Shown: positions 30,896-40,795 of the stretch, one piece after another
Layout: each line of letters begins with the position of its first letter
How positions within the stretch are numbered: position 1 is the first letter of the stretch
Virus record (IMG/VR): IMGVR_UViG_3300028197_001229
Coordinates: 21,106-85,105 of that record
Origin: a virus
Reading direction: 5' to 3' (one strand)
DNA length: 64,000 nucleotides
The notes under the pieces: generated by a model
Told to the model about the DNA's origin: nothing
The model's database searches: none
What the model saw: only the letters and a program-made list of their open reading frames with translations
Program-made: the position numbers and the translations under genes

Positions 30896-31380
30896 TACCA
30901 CAAGAACATCCAAAGTTTAAGAAACATGTAAGCTATTTAGTAGACATGATACAACGTACTAAGGGTATGACACCATACTTTACTCGTACTGAAGAGTTTG
31001 AAAACCCAGAAGATATAGCTGCATCTGAATGGGTTACATGTGGTAAATGTTCTAAGCGCGTCAGTGTTTCGGATGAATGTAAATGGTTAGATACTGGTTC
31101 CGTCAAGTTTTTAGAAAATGTAAAATATACAAAATGTTGTGGTAGAACGTTAGAACCGGAAATGTGTACATTTGTATGCGTTTGCTGTGAGCGTCCTGCT
31201 GTTTACATAACTCCGCACTCTAACGAAACTGGATTCGAATACAAGCCAGGTCAAATCTACCATATAGACGCATGTAGCGAATGCGACGGAACGGGTGGAA
31301 TGAAATCAATGATTATAGAACAAACTGTTCACAACAAGTTAAATAATACTAAATCACAAGATAGTACAACGTCACAATGA
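30892..31380 (+). CDS. Cys-rich putative zinc-binding protein
   Basis: CGKC, CC, CVCC and CSEC motifs. Confidence 0.55.
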   Translation: MIPQEHPKFKKHVSYLVDMIQRTKGMTPYFTRTEEFENPEDIAASEWVTCGKCSKRVSVSDECKWLDTGSVKFLENVKYTKCCGRTLEPEMCTFVCVCCERPAVYITPHSNETGFEYKPGQIYHIDACSECDGTGGMKSMIIEQTVHNKLNNTKSQDSTTSQ

Positions 31381-31577
31381 TAGATCTAAACATAATAGCA
31401 TATATCCTGTTAGGCTTTTACCTCGGAGTTTATTGCTCTGAGAAAATGGAGCTGAAATTTAAAACAATAACATTCCCAATCACAGTATTTTGGGGATGGG
31501 TATCAAAACTAATAAATAAAACAAACAACAAAGATGAAGAAAACAACAAAGAAGAAAACATCAAAGGCAAACTTTGA
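31377..31577 (+). CDS. Small membrane protein
   Basis: 66 aa with hydrophobic N-terminal helix. Confidence 0.5.
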   Translation: MIDLNIIAYILLGFYLGVYCSEKMELKFKTITFPITVFWGWVSKLINKTNNKDEENNKEENIKGKL

Positions 31578-31884
31578 GACTTACAACTGCTCACGTATTA
31601 ACGAACCTTACCTCACAGATGAGGGACAAGCTTACATAGAGTTAATAACTAGTGATGGGGACTGTACTACTCTAGAGTGTACACTCGATCTTTACCGGGC
31701 TCTTATGAAAAATAATATAAACGCTAACAGCCGTGTAGATTTTTGTTTTTATAAAAGTAAAGATACAGATCTAGTTGAGTATGTTAGTAGTACACCTAAA
31801 AACGAGTACCGTGCTTATCAGGTAGAATATGAAGATTCTATAACTCTTCCTAAAGAAACTGTGTTTAAGAATCCGGAGGAATAG
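31534..31884 (+). CDS. Hypothetical protein
   Basis: 116 aa ORF. Confidence 0.55.
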   Translation: MKKTTKKKTSKANFETYNCSRINEPYLTDEGQAYIELITSDGDCTTLECTLDLYRALMKNNINANSRVDFCFYKSKDTDLVEYVSSTPKNEYRAYQVEYEDSITLPKETVFKNPEE

Positions 31885-31894
31885 CCGTATACTA

Positions 31895-31912
31895 CGTGTT
31901 ATATATATTTGG
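31895..31912 (+). promoter_or_regulatory. Recurring intergenic motif (CGTGTTATATATATTTGG), putative phage promoter
   Basis: Full consensus match, 31 nt upstream of ATG 31944. Confidence 0.65.
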
Positions 31913-31943
31913 TACTCTTTTAATCTTATAATAAAAAACAAAA

Positions 31944-32849
31944 ATGACTAATAATAATAATCAAAAAGTTACAATTGAAAAGACACCTATGTATATGACT
32001 ACTTCGAAACTAAAGTTTATGGACAAAGTTGTACGTCCCGAGACATGGGTTCCGTTGGAGACTTCTAAACTGTATGTTGAGACTTATAACATACAGTTTA
32101 CATATGTTCGTTCTACAAAACAAGGCACATCAACAATAGGTCGACCGACCACAACCATTAATGAAAAGTTTGTTTTTAATCTGGCTACAGGTCCTAAGCT
32201 TACTATTGTGGTAGGTGCAACGCCAGCCGAGTTAGATGAAGCCTTTATACCAGGCGCTTGTCTGGATACATTGGACTCGTCTTCGGCAATAACCAGGAGT
32301 TGGATTTCTGCTAATGGTGGCGCCGGTATGGAACTTGGTTCTGTACAGGGCTGGGATAGGGCTGGATCGGATCACTTCCCAGTTAAAGTTTCAGACCTCA
32401 GACGTATGTTTACATCTAACAATGATAGATATTACTACAATGGTGAGTCTCGTGTTTTCACTTGCTTTGCTGATATAGACACTCCTACACAAAACAAGGA
32501 ACATCTATATTACAAAAGTGGAGAAAATGGTACAGCTAGGCTGCTTCCCTGTTTCTCATATTACACATTTGAGGAATACGTCTTCGGATCTGACATCTGG
32601 GAGGATCAACCTTCCTCTGTCGACATGGGCCCAGCCCCTTACATTCAGTGGAACCCACTTGATTACAGTCCATCCTGCAGATTCTCTCAAGATGAACTGA
32701 CACCGAGTGGTTCGTTACTTAACAATTCAGCTGCATTGTCAAAAATTCCTATAAATTTTTCTTTTCATACTAAAGAAACTCCGTGGGAGTTAGACTCAGA
32801 TGCACTGGCTTATTACAGCCCTGATCGTAAGTTCATAACAAAGCCTTAA
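31944..32849 (+). CDS. Hypothetical protein (monocistronic unit)
   Basis: 301 aa flanked by the motif and a terminator. Confidence 0.65.
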   Translation: MTNNNNQKVTIEKTPMYMTTSKLKFMDKVVRPETWVPLETSKLYVETYNIQFTYVRSTKQGTSTIGRPTTTINEKFVFNLATGPKLTIVVGATPAELDEAFIPGACLDTLDSSSAITRSWISANGGAGMELGSVQGWDRAGSDHFPVKVSDLRRMFTSNNDRYYYNGESRVFTCFADIDTPTQNKEHLYYKSGENGTARLLPCFSYYTFEEYVFGSDIWEDQPSSVDMGPAPYIQWNPLDYSPSCRFSQDELTPSGSLLNNSAALSKIPINFSFHTKETPWELDSDALAYYSPDRKFITKP

Positions 32850-32860
32850 TTAACTACCTT

Positions 32861-32896
32861 AAAAAAAACACCTTGCAATGCGCTGGTGTTTTTTTT
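32861..32896. terminator. Bidirectional Rho-independent terminator
   Basis: A8-cacc...ggtg-T8 hairpin. Confidence 0.7.
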
Positions 32897-32907
32897 AACT
32901 CTCAACT

Positions 32908-33249
32908 ATGACTAAAGTAAAAACTATAGAAGATATAGAAGTTTTAGAAAAAAATACTAGCGTTATGCTAGCCGTTAGCTCAGAGCAAGGAGTTGTTTTT
33001 ATGTCACAAATTGGTGGCGACAATTTAGCTCGCTTGTTAAAAGAAGCCTCTAATATTCCAAACATTCCAATTCACAGTCAGGAAAATCAACTTGATATTA
33101 TAGGTCAGGAAATTTTAGTAACCTCGGACCGTTCTTACTTTAAACGTATAACAGGTTTGTTTACTTATTTAGATTGGTCAGATATGTCCACTGTTGAAAA
33201 ATTATTGTCTAGGGAGCAGTACACTTATTCTTTTGTATTGTCTTACTAA
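32908..33249 (+). CDS. Hypothetical protein
   Basis: 113 aa ORF. Confidence 0.55.
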   Translation: MTKVKTIEDIEVLEKNTSVMLAVSSEQGVVFMSQIGGDNLARLLKEASNIPNIPIHSQENQLDIIGQEILVTSDRSYFKRITGLFTYLDWSDMSTVEKLLSREQYTYSFVLSY

Positions 33250-33329
33250 TATTTTTTAATTGACTAAGTAACGTATTTACTTAATAATTTTATTTAACTT
33301 TCAAGACTAACTAACCTAGAATTATACTA

Positions 33330-33596
33330 ATGAGCAAAAATCAAGAACTTACTCAAGAAGAAGCACAGCTTCGTTTCAAAAAAGCAAATGCACAAGGATT
33401 CATCAATCAGATGATTTCTGGTTCTGGTGCAACTGCAGAACAAGCAGTTGAGCTTTTCAACAAAAGCGACGCTAAAGCAGACCGGATGATATCAAAACAA
33501 GCAAGCATAAGAGAATCTATTCTAGCTGAGGTTAATAACCAGGTTAGCCCAGATACTCAAAACTTGCCTGAGAATCTGAGACAAGCTGCTTCGTAA
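33330..33596 (+). CDS. Small helical putative head protein
   Basis: 88 aa with 'SKQAS'; followed by a terminator. Confidence 0.55.
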   Translation: MSKNQELTQEEAQLRFKKANAQGFINQMISGSGATAEQAVELFNKSDAKADRMISKQASIRESILAEVNNQVSPDTQNLPENLRQAAS

Positions 33597-33645
33597 CTTT
33601 ATTTCTCGCGCCACACGCTGACAAAAGACTGGAGCAATTCAGTCT

Positions 33646-33677
33646 AAAACCCACGGTTTTATCGCTGTGGGTTTTTT
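33646..33677 (+). terminator. Rho-independent terminator
   Basis: aaaacccacgg...ctgtgggtttttt; preceded by GCAA-tetraloop hairpin agactgga-gcaa-ttcagtct. Confidence 0.7.
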
Positions 33678-33715
33678 GTCTTTACAATTAACTTTTAATC
33701 TATCATTTATATATC

Positions 33716-34315
33716 ATGGAACGATCATTACTCCAAGAAAAGTTGTCAGAACTTCTTGAATTCAAGCGTATAGAACACGGATTCAGCTGTCATGACATGG
33801 CTTCATTTTTAGGTGTCTCATACTTACAATACCACAGGTGGGTTACTAAAAAAACTTTACCTCGTATGAAGGCACTACAAGACGTATGCACTCGTTGCAG
33901 TGTAGACTATTTATCGTTTATAAACACTACAACTAACTGTCTAAGTCCGGTCACATTTGATTCTATATGTAGCATGTATACTAGATCGGATTTGGATGAC
34001 ACTACATTTAAAACGTTCTTAGTTGCTGTCAGTTTACTATTTAAAGAATTAGTTTCTGAGTACAGCATATCTCCAAGTATGGTTTTAGCTGACATTGCGG
34101 CACCTGACATTAGAAATTTAAGCCGTTTTTCTGTTCAAGCTTTTTACTCTTGTGGACCAGACTGGGGCAACCTAACAGTTATAGGTGGTAAGAAGACTAT
34201 TCTATTTCGTGCATCTAAGTTAGAAACTCCTACTTCGCAGTATGGCTTTGAAGCTCTGAGCGCGGCATCTCTGAGTCGTGTTATAGAATTAACTAAACTG
34301 AAACATAACCTTTAA
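33716..34315 (+). CDS. XRE/Cro-C1 HTH domain protein
   Basis: 'RIEHGFSCHDMASFLGVSYLQYHRWVTKKTLPR'. Confidence 0.65.
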   Translation: MERSLLQEKLSELLEFKRIEHGFSCHDMASFLGVSYLQYHRWVTKKTLPRMKALQDVCTRCSVDYLSFINTTTNCLSPVTFDSICSMYTRSDLDDTTFKTFLVAVSLLFKELVSEYSISPSMVLADIAAPDIRNLSRFSVQAFYSCGPDWGNLTVIGGKKTILFRASKLETPTSQYGFEALSAASLSRVIELTKLKHNL

Positions 34316-34316
34316 A

Positions 34317-34739
34317 ATGTCTAAAACAAATATTGATACAGGTATACCACCTAGTGAGGTAACAAAAAGAAAACGTATACAAGATTTAATACTATCTGGT
34401 GAAGATCCAGGAGGTATTGATAATACTGAAGTAAAGACACCTCCGGAAGTAGCACCCAGGGTTGATAACATATCATACATTCGAGTCAAGATAAGGCACG
34501 ATCTTTATACGCTTCATCTTCCAGCTCTTGACGTTTCTGTTGCAGAACACCAGGTGGCTATACGGCTACCCAACAATGGTGTTAAATTTGAGCCTAGTGA
34601 ACTAAATGGAGATTTTGTAATAACGCACATGAACAGTGATTATAAAGTAGCTTACCTAGGTGGAATATTCGAGTTCCCGGGAGACAACTCTTGGGTTATA
34701 GCATTTATTAGGGACAAACGTGATGAGGAGGAAGATTAA
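34317..34739 (+). CDS. Hypothetical protein
   Basis: 140 aa ORF. Confidence 0.55.
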   Translation: MSKTNIDTGIPPSEVTKRKRIQDLILSGEDPGGIDNTEVKTPPEVAPRVDNISYIRVKIRHDLYTLHLPALDVSVAEHQVAIRLPNNGVKFEPSELNGDFVITHMNSDYKVAYLGGIFEFPGDNSWVIAFIRDKRDEEED

Positions 34740-34741
34740 TA

Positions 34742-34969
34742 ATGATTAAAAATTCTAAAATTGAAGTTGGTAAAACTCCGGCTGAAAACTCAAACGGTTC
34801 TAAGTGCGACGATATTGTAAACGGAAACCCGGTCAAAAAATCTGCTAGTTCAAATAATTGTTTTGATAAAGTATCTTCAATAGTCTTTAATATAGAAGAT
34901 CAAAATGATGAATCAAATACAGAGATACAAGATGGTAAAACTAGCGGGGTTAGACCCAAAAGTTCTTGA
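34742..34969 (+). CDS. Small protein with a K-x-A motif
   Basis: 75 aa, 'KKSAS'. Confidence 0.45.
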   Translation: MIKNSKIEVGKTPAENSNGSKCDDIVNGNPVKKSASSNNCFDKVSSIVFNIEDQNDESNTEIQDGKTSGVRPKSS

Positions 34970-35240
34970 AGCCTTGGTAAGTGCGGCAGCTGGTGCTACA
35001 GCCGGTGGTGTTATAGGTTCTACATCCGCTATGCTGATACCTCATAAGTATGATCCGAACAACCCTGAGTTTTTGGCTAGTAAGGATAATGACGATAAGT
35101 ACGTCAGAGATCCCGTAGGTCAGGGTTTGCGTAGTGCCCTTGTTGGTGCCTTAATAGGTGGTTCTAAGCCTTGGGTGGAAGATCCTATGCGTGATTGGAT
35201 GAAGGATCAAGACTGGTACAGTAATTTAACAAAGAAATAA
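34905..35240 (+). CDS. Glycine-zipper small protein
   Basis: 'VKLAG', 'AAAGATAGGVIG', 'ALVGALIGG'. Confidence 0.55.
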   Translation: MMNQIQRYKMVKLAGLDPKVLEALVSAAAGATAGGVIGSTSAMLIPHKYDPNNPEFLASKDNDDKYVRDPVGQGLRSALVGALIGGSKPWVEDPMRDWMKDQDWYSNLTKK

Positions 35241-35244
35241 TATT

Positions 35245-37044
35245 ATGGATGACTTGAAATTTCATTTCACAACAGATCAAGCTAAGAAATTTGATGATCC
35301 GTTCTTACTACCCTCTAGTGAGTATATACCAGACAACCTTGAATCTGCCTTAGATTTTTGTCTGTTTTTGTATTACCTAAACCCACAGTACAGACGAGCT
35401 TCTATGCGTGTTGTTAGGCACTTCATAACAGATTTTGAATTCCCTGGGGATGGTTCAGCTACTGAGAAAGACGAGGCAGATGAATATTTTACCCACACAC
35501 TTCGACTACCACAGGCAATGGCTGAAATGGGTGACGAGTGGGCTTGCTTCGGCAATTCTTTCTATAGGATTCATTTTCCTTTTGATCGCGTACTCATTGA
35601 TGATAGGTTTGACGCTGAGTATTCTCTTAATATGTTTTCTGAAAGTTCGATTAAGTTTAATATTAAAAAAATGAAATATGAGGTTCCAGACCCTAAGGAG
35701 CCAAAAAAGAAAATTGAACTTTGTTTTCGCGACATTCCCGTAAAAGACAAAGGTAGAATTAGATTAAGGAAACTTGATCCTAAAAATGTTTCTATTAGGC
35801 ATAACCCTATATCAGGAACTAATTCTTACATTTATAGTTTCGAGAAAGAATTAATAAAGGACTGTAAGGATGGTAAACCATACGTAGTTAACGAGGTCCC
35901 AATGGACATGCTCAAAGCTATATCTGATAGTAAAGATTTTTTATTTTACGAAGATGAGATTTTTCATTTTAAATCTCCAACTATTTCAGGGATAAGTAAT
36001 AGGGGTTGGGGTCTTCCAGAAACAATAGCTAACTACAGGTCTCTCCATATTTTGCAGGTTTATCGTAAAATAGATGAAGCTATTGGTTTAGACTATATGG
36101 TTCCGTTTAGAATATTTACCCCGGAACCAGGTACTAATGAAACTGGTATTGTTAAAAATTTAATACTTAGTCAGTGGCGTGGTCAGGTTGAGAACATAAT
36201 TAAGAACCGTAGGAAAGATAAATTTGCAATGCATGCTTTTCCTTTTCCTTTAAAATATGAAGAGTTTGGTGCTAGTGGTAAGAATTTGGCGCCAAAAGAT
36301 TTAATTGAGTATCAAACTAATAGTATGCTTGATGCCATGGGCTACCCTGCTGAATTGTTTAAAGGTTCCCTTGCTGTTCAGCAGGTTCCAACTGCAGTTC
36401 GTCTTTTTGAGAATAGTTTTATGTTTGTACATTTGGGCTTTAATGATTTTGCCCAGTGGGTGTCTAAAAAGGTTTCTAAATTTATGGGTGAGCCTTACAT
36501 GCACCTTAAGTTGGAACGTCCTAGTTTGGCTGATAATATTGATAAACAAAATGTTATCATGCAGCTTTCTTCTGCTGGTGAGATTTCACGTAAGAAAGCT
36601 TACAGCTGGCTTGGAATTACCGATGCTGTTGATGAGCGGAAAGAACGTCTTGAGGAAGATGCTGAAATTCAAAAAGTTCAGATGCAGAAAGAAGAAGAAC
36701 TTCGCAGGGAGATGGAGCAAGGTTCTATTGACAAACAACTTGACGCACAAGCTCAGGCACAACAGCAACAGGGTGGCGGAGGAACACCTCCAGGTGGCCC
36801 ACCACAACAGGGTGGAGGCGGTGCAGGTGGTGGAGTTACACCAATGGATGTGCAAGGTCAGGCTCAAGAGTTAGCCCAGCAATGGGCATCAATGCCTGAA
36901 GGTGATCGTAGGAAAAATATGCAACAAATAAAAGCTAGTGATCAAACTTTGTATTCTTTAGCTAAACAGTTTTTAGAAGATATGCGTAGCAGCGCTAAGT
37001 CACAAGGTGTACAGCAAATGTACGATCAAGCTGGTGGTCAATAA
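35245..37044 (+). CDS. Portal protein
   Basis: 599 aa; 'GDEWACFGNSF', 'RLRKLDPKNV', 'IFHFKSPTISG..GWGLP' follow portal wing/clip patterns; Q/G/P-rich disordered C-terminal tail. Confidence 0.65.
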   Translation: MDDLKFHFTTDQAKKFDDPFLLPSSEYIPDNLESALDFCLFLYYLNPQYRRASMRVVRHFITDFEFPGDGSATEKDEADEYFTHTLRLPQAMAEMGDEWACFGNSFYRIHFPFDRVLIDDRFDAEYSLNMFSESSIKFNIKKMKYEVPDPKEPKKKIELCFRDIPVKDKGRIRLRKLDPKNVSIRHNPISGTNSYIYSFEKELIKDCKDGKPYVVNEVPMDMLKAISDSKDFLFYEDEIFHFKSPTISGISNRGWGLPETIANYRSLHILQVYRKIDEAIGLDYMVPFRIFTPEPGTNETGIVKNLILSQWRGQVENIIKNRRKDKFAMHAFPFPLKYEEFGASGKNLAPKDLIEYQTNSMLDAMGYPAELFKGSLAVQQVPTAVRLFENSFMFVHLGFNDFAQWVSKKVSKFMGEPYMHLKLERPSLADNIDKQNVIMQLSSAGEISRKKAYSWLGITDAVDERKERLEEDAEIQKVQMQKEEELRREMEQGSIDKQLDAQAQAQQQQGGGGTPPGGPPQQGGGGAGGGVTPMDVQGQAQELAQQWASMPEGDRRKNMQQIKASDQTLYSLAKQFLEDMRSSAKSQGVQQMYDQAGGQ

Positions 37045-38548
37045 GAAACATATACCGCAACAACCTAAGGCACCCTTGATACGGTCTGCCTCAGATAACT
37101 ACAACCCAAAATATAAGGGTAAATCGGGCAAGCATGGCAAGCCCGAACATATGGGTAGTTCGTTGCCAAACAATAAATCAAAAAAAGAAATGAATGAACA
37201 AGATGCAAGCCATAACGACTCCGCAGAACGTAAAGAAAAAGCCGATTCTGCTTTTTCAGAAAACCCCAACACTGTTGTCAGTGCTTCCCCTAAAGATACT
37301 CCAAAAGATAAGGGATTCAGCGATGATGATAAGTATATGGAGTGGAAGGGCAAAAGAGTATTGCGTGACCAGTCATCCTACCAAGCAGATTCTGAAGAGA
37401 AAAAGCCTGAAGAGAAAAAGCCTGAAGAGAAAAAGCCTGAAGAGAAAAAGCCTGAAGAGAAAAAGCCTGAAGAGAAAAAGCCTGGTTCAGAGGATACGGC
37501 TAAGCTGACACGGGTTTTGGCACGAGAAGCTTTGGACACGTGGGTACAGACGAAGAAGCATCAAAAAAATACTACTAACTCAGTTGTTGGCTCGTTTTCT
37601 TACATATTAGGTATAAGTTCATTAGTCGTGGCTGGCTGTGCAGCTTTCTTTAGCGTAAAAGGTATAGCTCTGTTGTTTGCTGGATCATTTGTTGCTGTGA
37701 GTATAATGGCAGCAGGCTTAGAAGTAGCTAAGCTAGTGGCCGCAAGTTACTTATACCGGTACTGGCGTAGTACACCAACACTACTTCGGTGCTATATGTT
37801 TTCTGCTATAGGTATATTAATTGGCATAACATCTTTAGGTATATTCGGTTTTTTAAGCGATGCATTTGAGACCACAAAGACTAGGATAGATATTTACGAG
37901 ACTCAGATTGAAAACTTAGTTACTGAAAATCAAACTATAACTATTCAAATTGAAGAGCATCAATCGGCCGAAACCATTGCAAGCTCTAGATCTGAATCTG
38001 CAATTACTGACTACAAAGATATTTATGACTCTTTTGTATCGAGGAAGGGTACATCCAAAGGTCAGTATATAGATAGACTTTCAGCTTTAGACCAAGTAGT
38101 TTACGAGTTAGAAAATTCTCCTGGTGGGTTGTTTAGTAGTAAAAAGACTAAACTAAAAAACTTGAATATAGAACAAGCCGATGAAAGACAATCACTAGCT
38201 ATAGCTATAGCCAAGATTGATACAGACATAGAAACTGAATATAAATCTTTTCTAACTAAAGTTGAGAGTTACAAGGAGGAAAGTAGAAAGCTTGACTCTA
38301 GGGTAGACACGGCACCGCTATACGACGTTATAGCTAAGAACAATGACAGTATCTTAGTTTTAAAAGAACAAATAGCTAATACGGACATTGGTAGCTTTAA
38401 ATTTATTGCACGAGCTTTTGACACTGAATTAGACAGTGTTGTTAAGTATTTTATATTAATAATAGTTTTAGTATTTGATCCACTCGCTGTTACATTAGTT
38501 CTAGCTTATAACGTTACATTGGTTAACAAGCAGGATTCATCGGTATGA
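37007..38548 (+). CDS. Multi-pass membrane protein with long coiled coil (true start uncertain)
   Basis: TM segments 'AAFFSVKGIALLFAG', 'LEVAKLVAASYL', 'ITSLGIFGFLS', C-terminal 'IIVLVFDPLAV'; N-terminal charged repeats. Confidence 0.7.
   Translation: MYSKCTIKLVVNKKHIPQQPKAPLIRSASDNYNPKYKGKSGKHGKPEHMGSSLPNNKSKKEMNEQDASHNDSAERKEKADSAFSENPNTVVSASPKDTPKDKGFSDDDKYMEWKGKRVLRDQSSYQADSEEKKPEEKKPEEKKPEEKKPEEKKPEEKKPGSEDTAKLTRVLAREALDTWVQTKKHQKNTTNSVVGSFSYILGISSLVVAGCAAFFSVKGIALLFAGSFVAVSIMAAGLEVAKLVAASYLYRYWRSTPTLLRCYMFSAIGILIGITSLGIFGFLSDAFETTKTRIDIYETQIENLVTENQTITIQIEEHQSAETIASSRSESAITDYKDIYDSFVSRKGTSKGQYIDRLSALDQVVYELENSPGGLFSSKKTKLKNLNIEQADERQSLAIAIAKIDTDIETEYKSFLTKVESYKEESRKLDSRVDTAPLYDVIAKNNDSILVLKEQIANTDIGSFKFIARAFDTELDSVVKYFILIIVLVFDPLAVTLVLAYNVTLVNKQDSSV
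37392..37484 (+). repeat. Perfect 15-bp tandem repeat x6 encoding (P)EEKK
   Basis: (ctgaagagaaaaagc)6 + ctg. Confidence 0.95.
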
Positions 38549-39036
38549 ATTTAAGTTTTAGGGAACTACTACAAAATAGTGAGATTTGGTCGGAGGCTAT
38601 ATCTCTTTTGCAGACAAAGTATGCTAATGAGGGTTTTTCTGGTGAAACTATTTCTAGTGATGAGATACAACACACTTACATAAAGGTTATTATGAAGCTG
38701 TTGTCCCTACCATGCAACATAGAGGATTACTCTATCTATCTAACATTTATACCAAAAGATAGTTTCAACGAAAGCGAGTACATAGATGTTTCGGTTGTAG
38801 ATGAAATCACTGGTATTAATGAAGATTTTAATTCTTTAAATTGGTCTCGCCTTGTTGACTTACCCATAACGCTAGATGAAAATATAGCACATTTGGATGA
38901 TTCAGAATTATTGTGTGAGCTACTATGGGAACTTACTGTATGGGGTTTTAGCGAAGACATGTCGGTCTTTTCAGAAAAAGATAAGTTTACTACATTTGTG
39001 TCTGGTTTTTTAAGAAAAGATTTAGATCGTAATTAA
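38545..39036 (+). CDS. Hypothetical acidic protein (DUF6557-like)
   Basis: 'ELLCELLWELTVWGFSE' motif; family assignment from memory. Confidence 0.5.
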   Translation: MNLSFRELLQNSEIWSEAISLLQTKYANEGFSGETISSDEIQHTYIKVIMKLLSLPCNIEDYSIYLTFIPKDSFNESEYIDVSVVDEITGINEDFNSLNWSRLVDLPITLDENIAHLDDSELLCELLWELTVWGFSEDMSVFSEKDKFTTFVSGFLRKDLDRN

Positions 39037-39039
39037 TTA

Positions 39040-39068
39040 TTGCTAGGTTTAAGTAAATTCTTTATAGT
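39040..39068 (+). promoter_or_regulatory. Sigma70-like promoter
   Basis: TTGCTA-N17-TATAGT, 10 nt upstream of ATG 39079. Confidence 0.5.
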
Positions 39069-39078
39069 TCTAACCATT

Positions 39079-39429
39079 ATGAGTAGTAGTAACATTAAAG
39101 ACATCGCTAAATCAGTAGTTAAAAACTTAATAGAAAAACCGGCTGCTATCGATAAGCAAATCGGTGCAGAGTCTTCTACAGATCTGTTTGGTTCCGATGC
39201 AAAACCCGAACCAGCTTCTAAAGATTATTCAAACGTAGATTTATTTGGTAATGTTTCTGACCAAGCTGAAGAAGATCGTTCTGACTCGGCTTTACCTGAA
39301 AAAGTTGAAAATACTAATTCTGGTAACGAGGAATCCGAATCTAGTGCAGATTTAAACCAAGGTTATCAAGCATCTAGCGATAAGGCTGATAATATGTATA
39401 CTGGTAGTGGTAGTGGTCCCAAGATATAA
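39079..39429 (+). CDS. Acidic low-complexity protein
   Basis: ATG 39079 preferred over the TTG at 39040, which is the promoter -35. Confidence 0.55.
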   Translation: MSSSNIKDIAKSVVKNLIEKPAAIDKQIGAESSTDLFGSDAKPEPASKDYSNVDLFGNVSDQAEEDRSDSALPEKVENTNSGNEESESSADLNQGYQASSDKADNMYTGSGSGPKI

Positions 39430-40199
39430 TGCCAAGTATAGAACAGACTGCAGCTAATCGCTTAACAGATAAAGGCGATGTGGCTAATTCTAAAGCTAAC
39501 CAGTTTGGTTATTGGCTCCGTGGTAAAGTATTACCTAACTTAAAGTTTTTACACGACTCAACCAACGACAACAAATACATGCCTGGATGGGCAAGTGCTG
39601 GTATTACTGGCAGCGTACTTGGAGCTGGACTGGGTGGTCTGGCTGGTATGTTTACGGGTAGTCCAGGCAGAGGTGCTCTACTAGGTGCTGGCATAGGTGG
39701 TTTGGGAATGGGTGCGTTAGGATTTATGCGTAACAATCCTGAATGGGCACAAGACATGGGCATGGCATTACGTAGAGGTGAGAAAGCCGAATCCTATGAC
39801 GCTAAGAATCCACTCAGTGACCTTACTCCTGAAGAACAGGCCGAGGATTTACTAACTTTAAACAAACAATCTATGCACAAGATTGCTTACGGTCTTAATA
39901 GCTCTGGTGACGATGTCATACGTAAACTATATAGAGACACAGAATTAACATTGAGACAGAAACAAGAGCTAACAAATCAAGTTGGAAACTTGAATGCTAA
40001 CGAGCTACAACGCTTGAATCAAATGATTAGAGGTGCTGTTGGTGGCGGTGTAGGTTTTGTTGTTGCTAAGTATCTATTAGGTTTAGGTAAGTTTGGTACT
40101 GTACTAACTACTATTGTGTCAGGACTTGCGAGTGCTAGGTTCGGTTCTCCCACACCATCCCGCCCTACTGATAGTCTGGGACGACCTTACTATATGTAA
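39429..40199 (+). CDS. Glycine-zipper protein
   Basis: 'GSVLGAGLGGLAG', 'GALLGAGIGGLGMGALG', 'GAVGGGVG'; 'HKIAY' motif. Confidence 0.65.
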   Translation: MPSIEQTAANRLTDKGDVANSKANQFGYWLRGKVLPNLKFLHDSTNDNKYMPGWASAGITGSVLGAGLGGLAGMFTGSPGRGALLGAGIGGLGMGALGFMRNNPEWAQDMGMALRRGEKAESYDAKNPLSDLTPEEQAEDLLTLNKQSMHKIAYGLNSSGDDVIRKLYRDTELTLRQKQELTNQVGNLNANELQRLNQMIRGAVGGGVGFVVAKYLLGLGKFGTVLTTIVSGLASARFGSPTPSRPTDSLGRPYYM

Positions 40200-40201
40200 T
40201 T

Positions 40202-40795
40202 ATGTCAACTTCAGTTAAAAAGCAAAAAGGTGGTTCGGTCAAAGATGACAGTTCTTGGTTTGGTAGGTACATTGCACAGAAGACATTAAGGCAGGCTGCT
40301 AGGAACAATGCTCCAAACTCTGGATTAACTGCTGGTTTAGCCGCATTATCCGCACCCGCACTCGGCCCTGGTGCTTACGCTTTAAACGAAGTTACTCAGA
40401 ATAAAATGACATTACCTAACCCTAAGGAGGGTTACAAAAATCTGACAGATGCAGAGCGAGATATACTTGAACGTAGTTGGCCTGATCAATTGTTATCTGG
40501 TTTAAAACAGTCAGCAGGTTGGGGACTCGCATCTGGTTTGGCAGGAGGTCTGGCAAATGCTGGAATTTCAAAATTTAAAGGAGAGGATATAGATTTGTCT
40601 GATCTCGCTTTATGGGCAGCAGTTTCGGGAGGTGTAGGTGGTGCTGCTCCAATTGGATCAGCTGTTGTAAATAAATTCTTATTAGAAAAACTTACTACAA
40701 AATCCGATCGTAATACTGCAAAGAAAACAGTTTCTAATCACCCAGGAAAAACAGCACTTCCCTTTGGGGATGCAATAGGAGCAATTAATAGATGA
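40202..40795 (+). CDS. Glycine-zipper protein
   Basis: 'GWGLASGLAGGLA', 'SGGVGGAAPIG'. Confidence 0.6.
   Translation: MSTSVKKQKGGSVKDDSSWFGRYIAQKTLRQAARNNAPNSGLTAGLAALSAPALGPGAYALNEVTQNKMTLPNPKEGYKNLTDAERDILERSWPDQLLSGLKQSAGWGLASGLAGGLANAGISKFKGEDIDLSDLALWAAVSGGVGGAAPIGSAVVNKFLLEKLTTKSDRNTAKKTVSNHPGKTALPFGDAIGAINR

Noticed and set aside
36305-37508. Alternative-frame ORFs (36305-36874; 37194-37508 'KRKSL' repeat) and the many short antisense ORFs in the track
   Set aside because: They are shadows of longer, motif-bearing genes and of coding repeats, with no independent signals
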